Shown here piece after piece: positions 49,393 to 62,502 of a stretch of DNA of 64,000 nt. Each line of letters begins with the position of its first letter. Position 1 is the first letter of the stretch. Source of the stretch: Geosiphon pyriformis uo1. Taxonomy: Eukaryota > Fungi > Glomeromycota. The translations under genes and the position numbers were made by a program. The notes below the pieces were generated by a model, which was given only the letters and a program-made list of their open reading frames with translations, did no database searches and was not told the origin of the DNA. The stretch lies in contig JAAOMT010000571.1 in assembly GCA_016748015.1 (NCBI GenBank), positions 62,001 to 126,000 on the forward strand, read 5' to 3'.

Positions 49393-50706
49393 ATAGACTT
49401 GGACAACTACTCTGCCTTAATGGAATTTTTGGGTAAAAGACAATACCCACTGGACTATACTCGACAGCAAAGAGAACATTTGCACAAACAATCAAATTTC
49501 TATTTAATTCGCCAGAACCAGTTATATAAAAGAAATAAAAAAGATCCTGACTGCCCCCAGAGAATCATTAGATTTGAAGAAAAAGAAATTGTGATCTACA
49601 ATATGCACACTGATCCATTAGCTGGACACTTTGGAAAAACAAAAACAATTCAGAAAACTTTAGTTCGCTATTATTGGCCTATCTTGAGAAAAGACATCAC
49701 TGAATACATTAAAACCTGTAATACCTGCCAAAAAAAAGGAAAACCCAATCGCAAGGAAGATATCCATCCAATCTCTGTTGGTCAACCATTTGACAGAATT
49801 GGTATAGATGTTGTTGGACTTTTAATAGTAACTCCTGATGGCAACAGATACATTATCACAGCTACCGACTATTTTACAAAGTGGGTAGAAGCAAAAGCCA
49901 CCCCAAATCAAACAGCAGTCTCAATTGTCAATTTCAATTATGAAGATATCATTTGTCATCATGGCTGCCCCAAAGAACTTTTATCTGACAGAGGAAGAGC
50001 TTTTCTCAGTACACTGGTTGAAGAACTTTGCAGAAAAATGGAAATATGTCATAAACTCTTTTCCCTTTATTACCCCCAAACAAATGGCCTAGTGGAATGT
50101 TTCAATAGAACACTATGTAAAACCCTAGCCAAAACCAGTAAAGAAACCAACCTATGGGACAAAGTATTGCCTTCAGCTTTGTTTACCTACAGAACTGTGA
50201 ATCATGACATAACAAATTATGAACTCTTTTATCTGCTCTATGGACAAATGGCAACTCTACCAATAGAAATAGATATAGAAACAATACTTTTTGAAAAAAT
50301 AACAATAGGAGATTACAAAGACATTTTGCAAAGAAGACTTGGTACTATTTTTGACTCATTGGTAGAAGCATGGATAATTGTCTTTGAAAAGATAAAACAG
50401 TTCCAAGAAAAGCTCAAAAAGAAAAAGACTTATAAAACACTTTCCTTAAATGTTGGTGACTTAGTTTTGGAATACTATTCAGACAGAAACAATGTTTATG
50501 GTAATAAATTCTCTAGCTGCTGGAAAGGACCTTTTATAGTCAACAAAGTTTTGAACAATGGTTCATATATCCTATAAGATCAATATGGAACAATATTCAG
50601 TGATTGCCCTATTTATGGTATGCGACTCAAAAAATATCATAAACAACCTGATTGGTTATCTGTTGTGGTAATACTGATCCAAATGATCAGCAAAAATCAG
50701 ATATAA
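49393..50706 (+). pseudogene. Integrase of element B, in a different frame from RT-RH
   Basis: MHTDPLAGHFG...CNTC, FDRIGIDVVG, LSDRGRAF, PQTNGLVECF, WKGPF; probable start ATA (decayed ATG) at 49393. Confidence 0.9.
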
Positions 50707-50747
50707 ATAAATGCACCATTCCCAAAACAGAGGTATCTTCAATCAAC

Positions 50748-51404
50748 ATAAACAATTATTTCCTGGATCAAAACATTCAAAACGCTTTCTATACTCTCCA
50801 TGAGTACTGGATCAAGAACTATCCAAATACTACTTTGACTATCGGAAAACAAACCACCATAACAGACAACAGTAAAACTCACACTGTTATTAGACCAAAG
50901 AAAACAACTACCAGAAGAGAAAAAATTGGTGGCAAAATGGATAAATACCTGTTGGAAAGCATAACAGCAGTAATACTTTCACTTTTCAGCACAATTGGAA
51001 AAACAATACAAGAAATCTTGCCCATAGATAAAAACTTGTCATATGAAAGACAACTAGAACTCTATGATTGTCTTGGTGAAATCATAGAAGACATAAAGCT
51101 CATGAAGAAAACAACTTCAGAAATACAAGGGAAAATTTTGGCCATTATACGATTAAATGTCCCAAGAGTTTTGACCATTACTAGAAGAGCCAGAACTCTT
51201 ATACAAAGATTTGGTCTCTTGGATACAAAACTTATTTTACCTCAAGTATTATATACCCTATCCACAAAAGATTTCAACAAACTAATTAGTTTTGAATTAG
51301 ACAAAACCCTTCACATAAACTATCCCATAAATAGCTTGATTTCACCAGAGCTCAATCTCTTTGGAGAGAATGATGTTATGGTTGAAACCCATAGTTTTTA
51401 TTAG
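50748..51404 (+). CDS. ORF3 of element B (unknown function; open frame 50652-51404 reading into the 3' LTR)
   Basis: 250-codon stop-free frame between integrase and PPT; probable start CAAC-ATA (decayed ATG) at 50748. Confidence 0.7.
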   Translation: MNNYFLDQNIQNAFYTLHEYWIKNYPNTTLTIGKQTTITDNSKTHTVIRPKKTTTRREKIGGKMDKYLLESITAVILSLFSTIGKTIQEILPIDKNLSYERQLELYDCLGEIIEDIKLMKKTTSEIQGKILAIIRLNVPRVLTITRRARTLIQRFGLLDTKLILPQVLYTLSTKDFNKLISFELDKTLHINYPINSLISPELNLFGENDVMVETHSFY

Positions 51405-53082
51405 TTATCACATGTATTAGCCACTGATGTCATATAATTAGCCACTCTATTTTTAGATAGTGATCATTGACCTGATCAATGACTTAACCGTTGACCTGAT
51501 TATTGACCTAATCATTGACCTGGTCGTTGACCACTTTAGATAGCTATATAAGTGATGATTCCCTTAGCTGTAAAAAAACATGATCAAAGTAACGAAATAA
51601 ACAATATCAATTATTTCCTCTCATAATCGCTTATTCCCCTTTCTTTATCTTTAAGTATCTACTTGTTGGCATTCACATACCTTATCTTTTCCCCTTCTTG
51701 ATTTGTATTTGTTAGAATTAGCCTAAAAAGCAATTGGCTTGCTCTTGTAATTCATTGAATAAAGAAACGATTGAAAAGTACAATGATACCTGTTATTGAT
51801 TCTAAGAATTACCAAGTTGAAGCATAGAATAATAGCAGCGGTGTTATCTTGTTAACAATCACAGACTATTTCTCTACCTTTAGATTTAAGAAAAGATTAG
51901 TGACTGTGATTTTTATGAGACTGATCACACACATTGAATTCCTATTTATTCAATTCGCTCCCTTATTGTAATTCCCTCTTTGTTTATTTCCATCACTATA
52001 CAATACTGTTCTCCCTTGCTATCCGTTAGCTTGTTACTCCAACCCATAACAATAGTATCTAAATTTTTTTTGTCTTCTTAAGTAGCATATAATTTTTTTG
52101 TTAATGTAAAAATTGAAAACTGATTTTATTGGCCAATAATTATTTTTTAATCCTAAGTAAGTTTAATAATATTAAAATAAGAATTTTGCAAATCTTAAAT
52201 AATTTTTTTCTATGATTTTTTAGTTTGCCACTTTTTCAAATAGTTAATACTAATACTTGTTTTCTGTTAAATTATATCTTATAAGAAGTATTAAATATTA
52301 TAAATAATTATTTAGAATATTAAAATAAATAACAACCTTATAACTTAGTGCTTAATAACTATTTTTAATATTAATTTCTAAAGGTTTTCAAATTTAAAAG
52401 TTTTTAAGTTAAGTTTTTTGTATAATAAACAGAGATTTACTTAATAGTTATTTTTCTAAATTTTTTTTTTTAACATAAAAACTAGTTTAATCTAACAGTC
52501 ATGCCTTTTTGGTAAGCTATTTTTAAGTTTTTATTTTTGTTTTACAGATTTTTACCAGAATATTTTTGATATTAATATCTTAGTACTTAATTTTTTAATT
52601 AATTAATAAACAATAACAAAACCAAAGAAAATAAAATAAAATAAAATAAAATAAAAATAAAATAAAAATAAATAAAAAATTAATATTTTATTAATAGTTA
52701 TAATTAAGAGCTATTGGTCTAATATAGTTAAACAGCAGATATTATTAGCATAAATTGCTAATAAAATTGAAGAATATCAATTTTAATCCAATAAAAAAAA
52801 TAACATAGATTAAAAATAAATAAATATTTTATTAATATAAATATAAATCTGTTTTAAAATATAAAAAACTATTTTTTAAAAAAGAAGTATTTTTATAATT
52901 AGCTTGTTACTAATTATTTGTCTAGTTATTGGTTTTAAAAATTGATTTTTTTTTATTTTTAATTTTACTACTATATATATATAATTCTTATTATACAAAA
53001 TCTTTTAAAATTTTTTTTTTACTATACTTATTTTCTATTAGTTGTTATTAACTATTATGATTCTTATTTTTTATATGTAATA

Positions 53083-55850
53083 ATACTTTAAAAAAAATTG
53101 TAAACTTTGATTAATTTATAAAATATATACAAAGTATATAATTTTGTAGATTAAGAATATTTAAAAAATAACTTAAATAAAATCAAAATATGTAAGTTAA
53201 TTAAATTATAACTAATTTAATAAATAACTATTATATTCATAATAAATTGGATCAAGACAAGATTTATTTATTTATTTTTTGACATATTTTTTATAATTTT
53301 TTTTTGTGTAAAATTAAAAAACAAAAGAATATATATAATTATAAAATTAATTATAAACTTTTTGTTAAAATTAAATAATTTAAAATCCAAATAAGTATGA
53401 TGTTATTTTTTATTGTTAATATTTTTATTAATAATACAATTTAAATAAAATGTAGTTAAGCTGTAATTCAGTATATTTTGAATATTACAAGTGATTTTTT
53501 TCAAATCAATAATATTTTAATTAATAATAATAAGATAGTGGTTATTTTCATTAATAATAAAGTTGGTTTTTTTTTAATAATTAGTAGTTTGCCTATTTTA
53601 ATTGCCAAAAAAAAAACTTGAGTATTTTTGTATTCATAAATAAATTATTAAAACCCAGTCTGGTTAAAATTTATTTAAATATTAGGTTTTTTATAAGCAA
53701 AGTTTTGAAAAAGATTATAACTAACAAATAATTTTTTTATTTGGTTTTAATAGTTTTATATTTTATTATTAATTATAAAATTTAGTTTAGTTTTGTTTTA
53801 ATTAGTATATATAATAAGAAAGACACTTTGATTTAAAAAAAATTGAAATTAAAAATTAGTTTGTTTTTAGACTTTTTTAATAATATAGTTTATTATTTCT
53901 TTTTATATAACTTAAAATTTTTTAAGCAAATATAGATTGAGTGTAAATTGGCCTTTATTTTAAGTTTTCAAATATTAACAGTATATAAACTGGCTGTTTG
54001 GTTATAAATTTTTGGATCTTTAAATATTAAGTTGGTTTTTTTACTATTTTTGCTTTTTTTATTTAGTTTTTGTGTTAATCTAATATTATTAAAGATTTTT
54101 TTATCCTTTTGTTATTATTAATACTATTTTGTTTTTAAATTTGCTGCTAATAAAAGTTAGTAAACTTTTAATAAGCTAACTTTTTTTTCAAAATATTTTT
54201 TTATATTTTGAATAATATGTGTTGTTAAACTTATAATAAAATAAACAATATTATATCAATTACTTATATAGTTACTTTGCAATAAAAGTTAATTCTTTTA
54301 CAAAAAAATCTTGTTTATAAGTTTTTTAAAAATATATGTAATTATTTTGTTGTAAAAGTCAAACTTATTTACAAAAAATTTTGACTGTAAACTACTTAAT
54401 AATATAAAAAAATAAAAAAATAAAAAAAAATAAAAAATAAGTTAAAAAAGTTATTTTTAAATTCAAATCTAAAAATTATTAATAGTTATTAAAATTAATA
54501 GTTAATTAATTTTAAGATGTTAATATAAAAAAAAATTTCAAAGCAATAATTAAAAATTTGTATTGTTTAATATAAGTTTTATTTAAATTGATTTGTAAAA
54601 AAATATTTTTAGTTCAAGTAAAATAATTTTAACTAAGATATATTTTTCAAAGAGAAAAACTCTTTTTTTATATAATTTGTTATAGTACTATTTTATAATT
54701 TAGCATTTTTTTTTAATATTTTGGCAAATTAAAAATATATTTCAAACTACAAATTATTTTTCTAAACTATAAATTATTTTGGCAAATTATTGAATATTTT
54801 GTCAAATTACGTCAAATTTTAAATATTATATAGTTTAATATATTATATAATCTAATTATTACAATTTGGTTATATTTGTATTTTATATAAATTAAATTAT
54901 TAATTAAGTAATAATTCAGATATTTTAATAAAATAATAAGTAATAAATTAAAATAATAATATATGTTAATTAATAATAAAAATTATAGAAATAATTTTAT
55001 GCTATTTAATATTTCAAATTTTGATTAATAATACTAATTAACAATTTTTGGCTAATATAATTAAAATTTTTTGTGATTAAAATTTGTCTTTGAATAATAT
55101 TTTGTTTTTAATGTTTTAATTTTCTAAGAATATACTAATGTTTATTGTCTTTAATAATTCTGTTTTTTTAAAATTTTTTATTTAATTAAATATTTTAACA
55201 TTGTTTTTATTAAATAGCTATGTAATAAAAATAATAAAGTTTTTAACTAAAAAAACTTTTAACATTAAAAATGACTTGATTTTTATGACTTAGTTTTCAT
55301 ATGATTTGTATTAACAATAATATATTTGGATGTTTTAATAAATTAATAAACTTCTCTTTTTTTATAAAAAATATCTAACTTTTGAATATTTTGAGCTTTG
55401 ATAAATTTTGTTAAGTGTATAATAAATTGTTAAAGACTAATTTTTCTTGTTTTTTGTCTATATTAATGATTTTTTAAAGAGTTTGAATTCAATATACATA
55501 AGAGCTAATGTCGTAATATTTTTTAATAGTTTGGATTTTAGTATTAAAATTAAAATTTTTGGTTTGATATTATCTACTTTGACCAAATTATAAGCTATTA
55601 TATTGGTTTTAGAATATATTTTTCTCTTTTATATAATTATAATATTCTTAAATAATTAAATAACTTTAAATATTTGTTCTTTAAAGCTGGTTTTGGTGTT
55701 GCTTAATTTTCATAATTATTGTTAAATAAAATATTAACACATTATAAATATAATTAAAAAAAAGAATTTGTTTGTATTTTGATCCAAAATTAAAGATTAT
55801 TTTGGTGTTTTTAAAAATAATAAAGCTGATATAATGGTTATATTACATTA
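53083..55850 (+). mobile_element. Decayed LINE-like ORF2 relic (RT + RNase H), interrupted by a solo LTR
   Basis: FINNTI*I at ~53423 (FVDDTIWV-like RT motif after undoing G->A); RNase H-like LSTLTKL*AIILVLEY at ~55570-55620; homologous to the minus-strand copy at 57-58.7 kb. Confidence 0.6.
54084..55033 (-). mobile_element. Decayed solo LTR of family C
   Basis: Reverse complement matches LTR 62503-63518 (e.g. AGAGAAAAACTCTTTTTTTATATAATTTGTTATAGTACTA); 4-bp TSD CTAA at 54080-83 and 55034-37. Confidence 0.8.
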
Positions 55851-56949
55851 TTTTTAAATTTACTCTGGTTATAGTTCAAAATTTTTTAAAAACTAATAGT
55901 ATATGTATATTTAGAAATACAAAAACATTTTATTTGTGAAATTTTTTAAACAATCTATTATATTTATTAAAAAATTAGTTATAATGCCAAAGTTTTAGAT
56001 CAAAATTTAATCAAAGACATAAATTAAGTCAGTTTTTTATTGGTATAGTACTTAAACTCTTATATAATAACTAAATATATAAATCAGATTACTGTTAATG
56101 CTTATTTTTATTTTATAAAAGTTTTGTATTATTGATTGTTTATAACTGTTTATAAATATCTATATAATAAATATTATTATAGTATTCTGTATCTTTTTTA
56201 TGATAATATTGAGTTTTTTGATTATTTATTTTCATGTTTAATTGATTTTGCTACTTGTAATATTTTGCTAATTTTTTAAATTGATATATAAAAATTTGTT
56301 TCTGGTTTATATAAATCTTTATTTTATGTGTCTTAATTATTATTGTTGTATTTATTAAATATTGTAATATATACTGTTTTATGTAAAAATTTTGTTTTTA
56401 GAAATTAATATTTGAAATTTTTTTCTGTTTTTGGAAATTCTAAGATTCCTATTAATAAAATTATAAGTTTTGTGCATGATTTAGACTTAATATACAAAGA
56501 TAAAATTTGGTTTATCTGTTCTAAGTATTATATAATTATAAAAAAAAAGATTTAATTTTATTAGATGATTTGATATTTATTTTTATTAATAGTTTTCTTA
56601 ATATATATTAAAAATTATAATTAAATTGGTTAGTATTACAAAAGCTTTAGATATTAGTTTTAATATATATGTTTTATGTTTATTTATTTTTAGTATTAAT
56701 AAAGGTATTTTTGTTTATATAAAAGTATAATATTGTTTTAATTGACTTAAATAGCTAATTATATATAATAAATATATAATTTATATATAGTTTAAATTAC
56801 TTGGTTTAATATATTATACTAAGTAATATTTGAATCTTACTTATTAAACAAATAAATAAAAAAGCTAATTGCTAATCTTTTATTTTTTATTTATTAACTA
56901 ATTTTGTTAATTAAATATAATAATATAAGTTTTTTTTGCATAATTTTAA

Positions 56950-58690
56950 TGGTAATTTTTATAGTATATATTGTAATTTTTGCATTAATAATTATAAAAA
57001 TTTGTTAATAATAATGTTTTTTTATTCAATAACAGTTTTAAAAATTGAAAAATTCATATACAGTTTATTATTGTACAAATTTACAGTCATTTAGCTATTA
57101 AAAATAATCTTTATTATATTAAATAGAAATATATATTCAAGAACCAACCAAATAATTTATAACTTAATTAATATTAATAAAACAAGTCTCTAAATTTTAA
57201 CATTAATATTTACATTCAAATTTTTGAAATAAATTACAGCTTTATATATTATATTAGAAAAACTAAGATCTTAAAATAACTTATTACTAAAAATTCTTAT
57301 TATTAAAAAATTAAAGCTTAAAAAATTAGCTGATTTTAGCATATTATAACAAATATTAAAACCAAAAACAAGAGGCACCAAAATTTGTTTATAAAGATGT
57401 AAAATTGAATTATAATTTTGAATTAATAAAAAACAAAGTCCTTAAAATTCAGTTATTTTAATACTAAAAAGTTTTTTAATCAAAAATTAATTTATATTTA
57501 TTAATTAATTAGTTAATAAAAGTTATATTAAACTTTTTTAAAGACTTAATATTTTATAATATAAGTTAATATCAAAAATATTAGAAATTAAAACATTATT
57601 AATACAGTAAAAAACAGTAAACAAAAAGTTTAACAATAAAATTTTGTAATTTAAAAAAATTTTAATTATCTTAATAAGAAAGTTGTTAACTAAACTAACT
57701 TTTAATTTAATTAGATATTGTAATAAGTTTTTAAAAATTTATCTAACTATTTGCAAATTCAGAAATTAATAATTAAAAAACTTATTAACAATATCTTATA
57801 TATTAGTAAAAACCAACAAAAAAGCTATTTTAATTTAAATTTAAACAAATAACTTAAGATTATACAAAAAATAATAATATAAAACATTAATTAAAAAGTT
57901 TTTTGGTAAATTAATTTTGAATTTTAAACTGTATTAAATCAATATGTTTTGTTTTTAATACACAAATTTAAAAACAAAACTGAATTAAATACAATAATTA
58001 ATAATAAAATACAAAAACCAAATAAAAAAATTATTTGTTAAATATAGTCTTTTTTAAAAAACTTGACATTAAAATAAGTTTTAAACATATTAAGCTTAAA
58101 AAAACTATTTGTAAATAAAAAAATACCAAGATATCTATGCTATTTTTTATTTTTAACTATTATAATTAGAAAGTTATTAATAAAAAAAAATATTAGCAAT
58201 TTTTTTGTTAATAAGAATAATAATTGTCTTTTTTATATTAATTAAAATATTATTAATTGTAAAAAATTTACTGGTAATATTAAATATATGTTAGTATAAT
58301 TATTATTTATTTAGATAGTATTATTTACAAAAACATCAACAGCAAAATATAAAATTAAATTAATTTAATCTTTTATTCTGTTTGTTTTTACTATTAGTTT
58401 AATGTTAATATAATATTCAAAAAACTGTTTATATTTCTTAATTTTGCACAAAAATGATCATAAAATATTTATTATAGCAATAAAAAAAAACTTTGTTCTA
58501 ATTTAAACTATTGTAAATTCTATACTTATTTGTTAATTTAAAATTAGTTATAATATAATTAATATAATTATCATAAATTTTAGTAAAAAATTTAATAAAC
58601 TTCTTATATATTTTGATTTTTTTTAAATTGGCTTAAAGATAGAATTAACCAACCAAATTATAAACTTTATATATTATTACAAGATAGTTT
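56950..58690 (-). mobile_element. Second decayed LINE-like ORF2 relic (RT + RNase H), opposite orientation
   Basis: Minus-strand FAVDVFVNNTI*I at ~58310-58350; inverted similarity to 53100-53830 (e.g. TAACAAATAATTTTTTTATTTGGTTTT). Confidence 0.6.
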
Positions 58691-58778
58691 TTTAGTATAT
58701 TAAATATTAATATTTTGTTTTAATTATAATTAGTTTTTCATAAATTTTTCAATTCTATTTGTGTAATAATAATATTAT

Positions 58779-59544
58779 TGTTATAAGTTGAAATAACAAG
58801 TTAATAGATAGCAAAAAAGAACAAAATTATAGAATAATAAAATTAATTAAAGAAAAAATTACAATAAAAAAACAAATTAAATAAATAAGAATTCAATATA
58901 TATAATTAGTCTTATAAAAATCACAATTTTAAATCTTTTTTGGAAATTTAAAGGTAGAAAAATAGTCTATAATTGTTAACAAAATAATATTACTATTATT
59001 ATTTTATGCTTCAACTCAGCAATTCTTAGAATTAATAACAAATATTGTTGTGCTTTTCAATTATTTTTTATTTAATAATTTATAAAAGCAAACAATCACT
59101 TTTTAAGCTAATTTTAACAATACAAATCAAGAAAAATAAAATAAAATATGTAAATACCAACAAATAATCTTTTATTCCAAGATATTTAAATACTTAAAGG
59201 TAAAAAAAGATAAATAAACAATATAAAAAGAAATAATTAATAGTAGATTTTATTTTATTACTTTAATTATTGATACATTTTTTTTTATAGCTAAAAAATT
59301 TATTGCTTATATAACTATTAAAAATAGTTAATGACCAGATCATTAATCAAGTTAATAATCAGATTACTAATTAGATTAATGATTAGGTTAATAGTCAAGT
59401 TAACAATCAAATTATTAATTAAGTTAATATTCAAGTTAATACTTAAATCATTAATTATTATCTAAAAATAAGATGGCTAATTATATAATATTAGTGGTTA
59501 ATACATATAATAACTAATAAAAACTATGGATTTTAATCATAACA
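58779..59544 (-). mobile_element. Decayed solo LTR of family B
   Basis: Both ends match LTR-B in reverse complement (TGTTATAAGTTGAAATAACAAG...; ...AACTATGGATTTTAATCATAACA); remnants of the 12-bp array at ~59330-59455. Confidence 0.85.
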
Positions 59545-61498
59545 ATATTATATTAAAAACTTTTTTTTTAATGCCATAATATAAATTATTTTTTAATTTT
59601 TAATTATTATATATATTTATGTACTTTTTTTTTAAAAATTAAACTAAAATTTATCTATTGTTTTAAAGTTTTTTTTGAAACTATTTTTACAATTGCTTAA
59701 TGTATTTTTCTAATTTAAAAACATAAAATATTAATAGTTTTTAACACATTTTTTATTTTATATAATAAAACTTTTATTAATTAATAACAACATAAATAAT
59801 CTTAATCAGAGATTATTTTTTCAAAAAATTTAGCTAATAAATAATAATTTTGTTTAATAAATAATACAAATAAGTTTTTTAATACTTTTAATTATAATAA
59901 TTCAATTTTTAGTATTATTTCTGATTTTTTTTTAATTTAAAGATTTTTTAGGATATTTATTAAAATAAAAACTAAAAAATAATTAAAATAAAAGATTAAA
60001 ATTTGGCAAAATTAAACTATTAAATAAATTATTGTTTTTTTTAATATTAAAACTACTATATATATACATATTTGTAGTTTTATAAGAAAACACATTATAA
60101 TATTTTTTTTAATATCTCAATCTAGTGTTTATTGTTATTACTAATTAGTATTTATTACTATTATAAATTAGTGCTTGTTACTATTGTAAAATAATATTTG
60201 TTACTATGTTAATTATTATTTTTCTAAGATTATTACTGTGCTATATTATAATTAAATAATTTATATTATTTTATAATTTTTGTATTAAATTTTTAAATCA
60301 TAACAATATATTTTATAAAATTAATTACAATATATGAATTTTTTTAAAGCATTTTTTAAAATAATATTTACTGTTATAATTAAAAACAACATAAATGTGT
60401 TCTTTAAAACTAAAAAATTATTACCAAAAAATTTTAAATTTACTACAAAAAAATAAAATGTGATTTAACAAAATTTTAAAAAAAACTTTTTATACTATTT
60501 GATAAATATAATTAAATAAATATTAGTAAAAATTTTTTTTAATTATAAAATTTAAAAATTATTAAGACCCGAATTTTTTTCTATTAAATAAAAATTATCT
60601 TTATTACTAAATACAAATTTAGCAAATATAAAAGCAAAACAATAATAATGTTTTTATAACTTATTAATAATTTTAGAAAAGTTAACAGTTTTATTATCTG
60701 GCAAATTTTTAACAACCAAAAATTTTTTTATCTTAATTTAATTTATTATTTTATTAAAAATATTATTATTAATATAGTTAAGTAGAACATATTATGTATA
60801 CCAAAAATTAAAAAAAATGCTAAACAAAATACATATTTGGTTTAATTTTCTATGATCAAATTTACAAATAATTTAATTTTATTAAAATTTATAACAAGCT
60901 TATTATTTATAACTAAATAATTTAAAATTATTTTGTAAAAATAATAATCTAATATATAAATTATATAGTTTTTGTTATTAATAAAATTCTTTATGTATTT
61001 CTTAATAATAGTTTTAATTCTTTTTGATTTAATTTTATAAGACTTAAAATATTTTAATTAGTAATATTTTTTTTAGCTTTATATAAAACTTTCTAAATAA
61101 CCAAAAATACAATAATATTATCTACCAAATCAAAAACAAAAAAATATTTACAGTATCTATTAAAATTTATTTTTGTATAAAACAAAATTAATTAATTTTT
61201 TTATACTATATAAATTATTTTAAATTACAACTTTAATAAAAAAAATTAACCAAGTCTAAATTCAAGTATTTTTTGAAATTTGCATTATACTTAAAACTAT
61301 TTTTATTAAAGTTATTATTCAAAATAACAAAAGTATTTGTATTAATTATATTAGTAAAAAAAACTTCTTTCTTTCTTTCGTCCAAAATTCCCAAAAAAGA
61401 GTCAAAAGTTTTTTCAAAAGAAGTTTTTTACTATTCAGTATGATAAATCAAAACTGTTCTTTGATTACGAGGCCACTGTTGGCCCTGTTATTGCTGTT

Positions 61499-62502
61499 AT
61501 GAAGAAGACTATTAAAGTTTCTGGTTCTGAGAGTGGTTTCAAGATGGTTGTGTCGAGAAAGAAGAAAAAGGAAGGTGTATTAACAGAGAGTATTAATAAT
61601 AGAGAGATTGCTGCTGAAGCTCCTGGTGCTTGTTCATGAAGTTCTGAGACAGGTGACACTATTGAGTCTAAAAGTATTGACATGAAAAAGAAGTGTTTGG
61701 TTGAGGAAACCAGTGTTGACTATGGTGAGAGTGGTGCTTTCATGGAAGAAGATCCTAATCAAACACCAAAAAGTTTGCATGTAAAGACCAAAAAAGTGTT
61801 AGAGAAGCCTCTGGGTGTGATTGATTATGGTAATGTCAATACAGACGATGACGTGTTAGATGATTCCTTTCTTCTTCCACCCTCTCTACCTATCAAACCA
61901 TTTATACAAGTGTCTGTTTGCAAATCTTTTGCTTTAAATATTGATCTTATGGCCATTGCTGAGAAGTCTTCTCAAGAAAAATTGAGTTTTATCAGGAAAA
62001 TTTTTTCAAGTATAAATGGTTTTGGGGGGGCTTTTACTCCCTCAAAATTTGGTGAAGTTATTCGTGTGACTTTCACTTTAGAAAAGACAATAATGGCTGC
62101 TAGAAAGTTGACAAATGATTGTGGTATTGTGGTAAACACCAATCTTAAGCATCCAGTAAACAATCGTACAAATCAGGATATTGTGATTAAGGAGATTTCT
62201 GTTGGTACATCAATTGAGGCAATGTGCACAGCTGTTTTCGAATTTGGGATTGTTGTGTCAATCAAAATGCAGTTGGTAGGGCTGTGACAAAAAGCAATTG
62301 TCACTTTGGGAGATTCCGATTAGGCTGATTTATTGGCATCCAAGTGGTCTATTCTTATCAGGAAAGATGCGGTCTGAATGGCCAAAGCTGATATTGATAA
62401 ACAGACTTGGGATTTTAGAGATGAGTTTAAGGTGTTGCTTTACACTTTTCCTGTGGGAACCAATGCACATAATCTTTGAGATTTTATTGGTTCAGTGGGC
62501 AG
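61499..62502 (+). pseudogene. LINE-like ORF1 (RRM-like), 5' part, truncated by an LTR insertion
   Basis: Single frame from ATG 61499 with TGG->TGA, CAG->TAG and CGA->TGA type stops; RRM-like IVIKEISVGTSIEAMCTAVFEFGIVVSIKMQ; ends abruptly at FIGSVG. Confidence 0.6.

Larger units (their letters stand above)
44325..52051 (+). mobile_element. Full-length Ty3/Gypsy LTR retrotransposon, family B (gag -1FS pol / IN / ORF3), inactivated
   Basis: LTRs 44325-45050 and 51374-52051 with TGTTATGG...CCATAACA outer termini; TSD ATAG at 44321-24 and 52052-55; PBS TGGTGCTCCCTGTGAGG 45057-73; PPT GGAGAGAATGA 51363-73. Confidence 0.96.
24895..53082 (-). mobile_element. Old, heavily decayed Ty3/Gypsy element (family A-like) hosting four later insertions; truncated in RNase H; 5' LTR ~52296-53082
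   Basis: The reverse complement aligns by eye to element A: RT/RNase H ~24895-25700, dUTPase ~26400-26760, continuation across the ATGC TSD at 37102, gag ~39345-40785, 44120-44324 and 52056-52260, decayed PBS 52278-52293, then LTR. Confidence 0.8.

Noticed and set aside
27961-51404. Alternative genetic code (TGA=Trp, TAA/TAG=Gln) or readthrough in TE ORFs
   Set aside because: Host genes are stop-free and end in TGA/TAG; TE stops accompany many other transition lesions, so they are mutations.
50652-51404. ORF3 as env or chromodomain
   Set aside because: No signal peptide, clear TM anchor or aromatic-cage chromodomain pattern seen.
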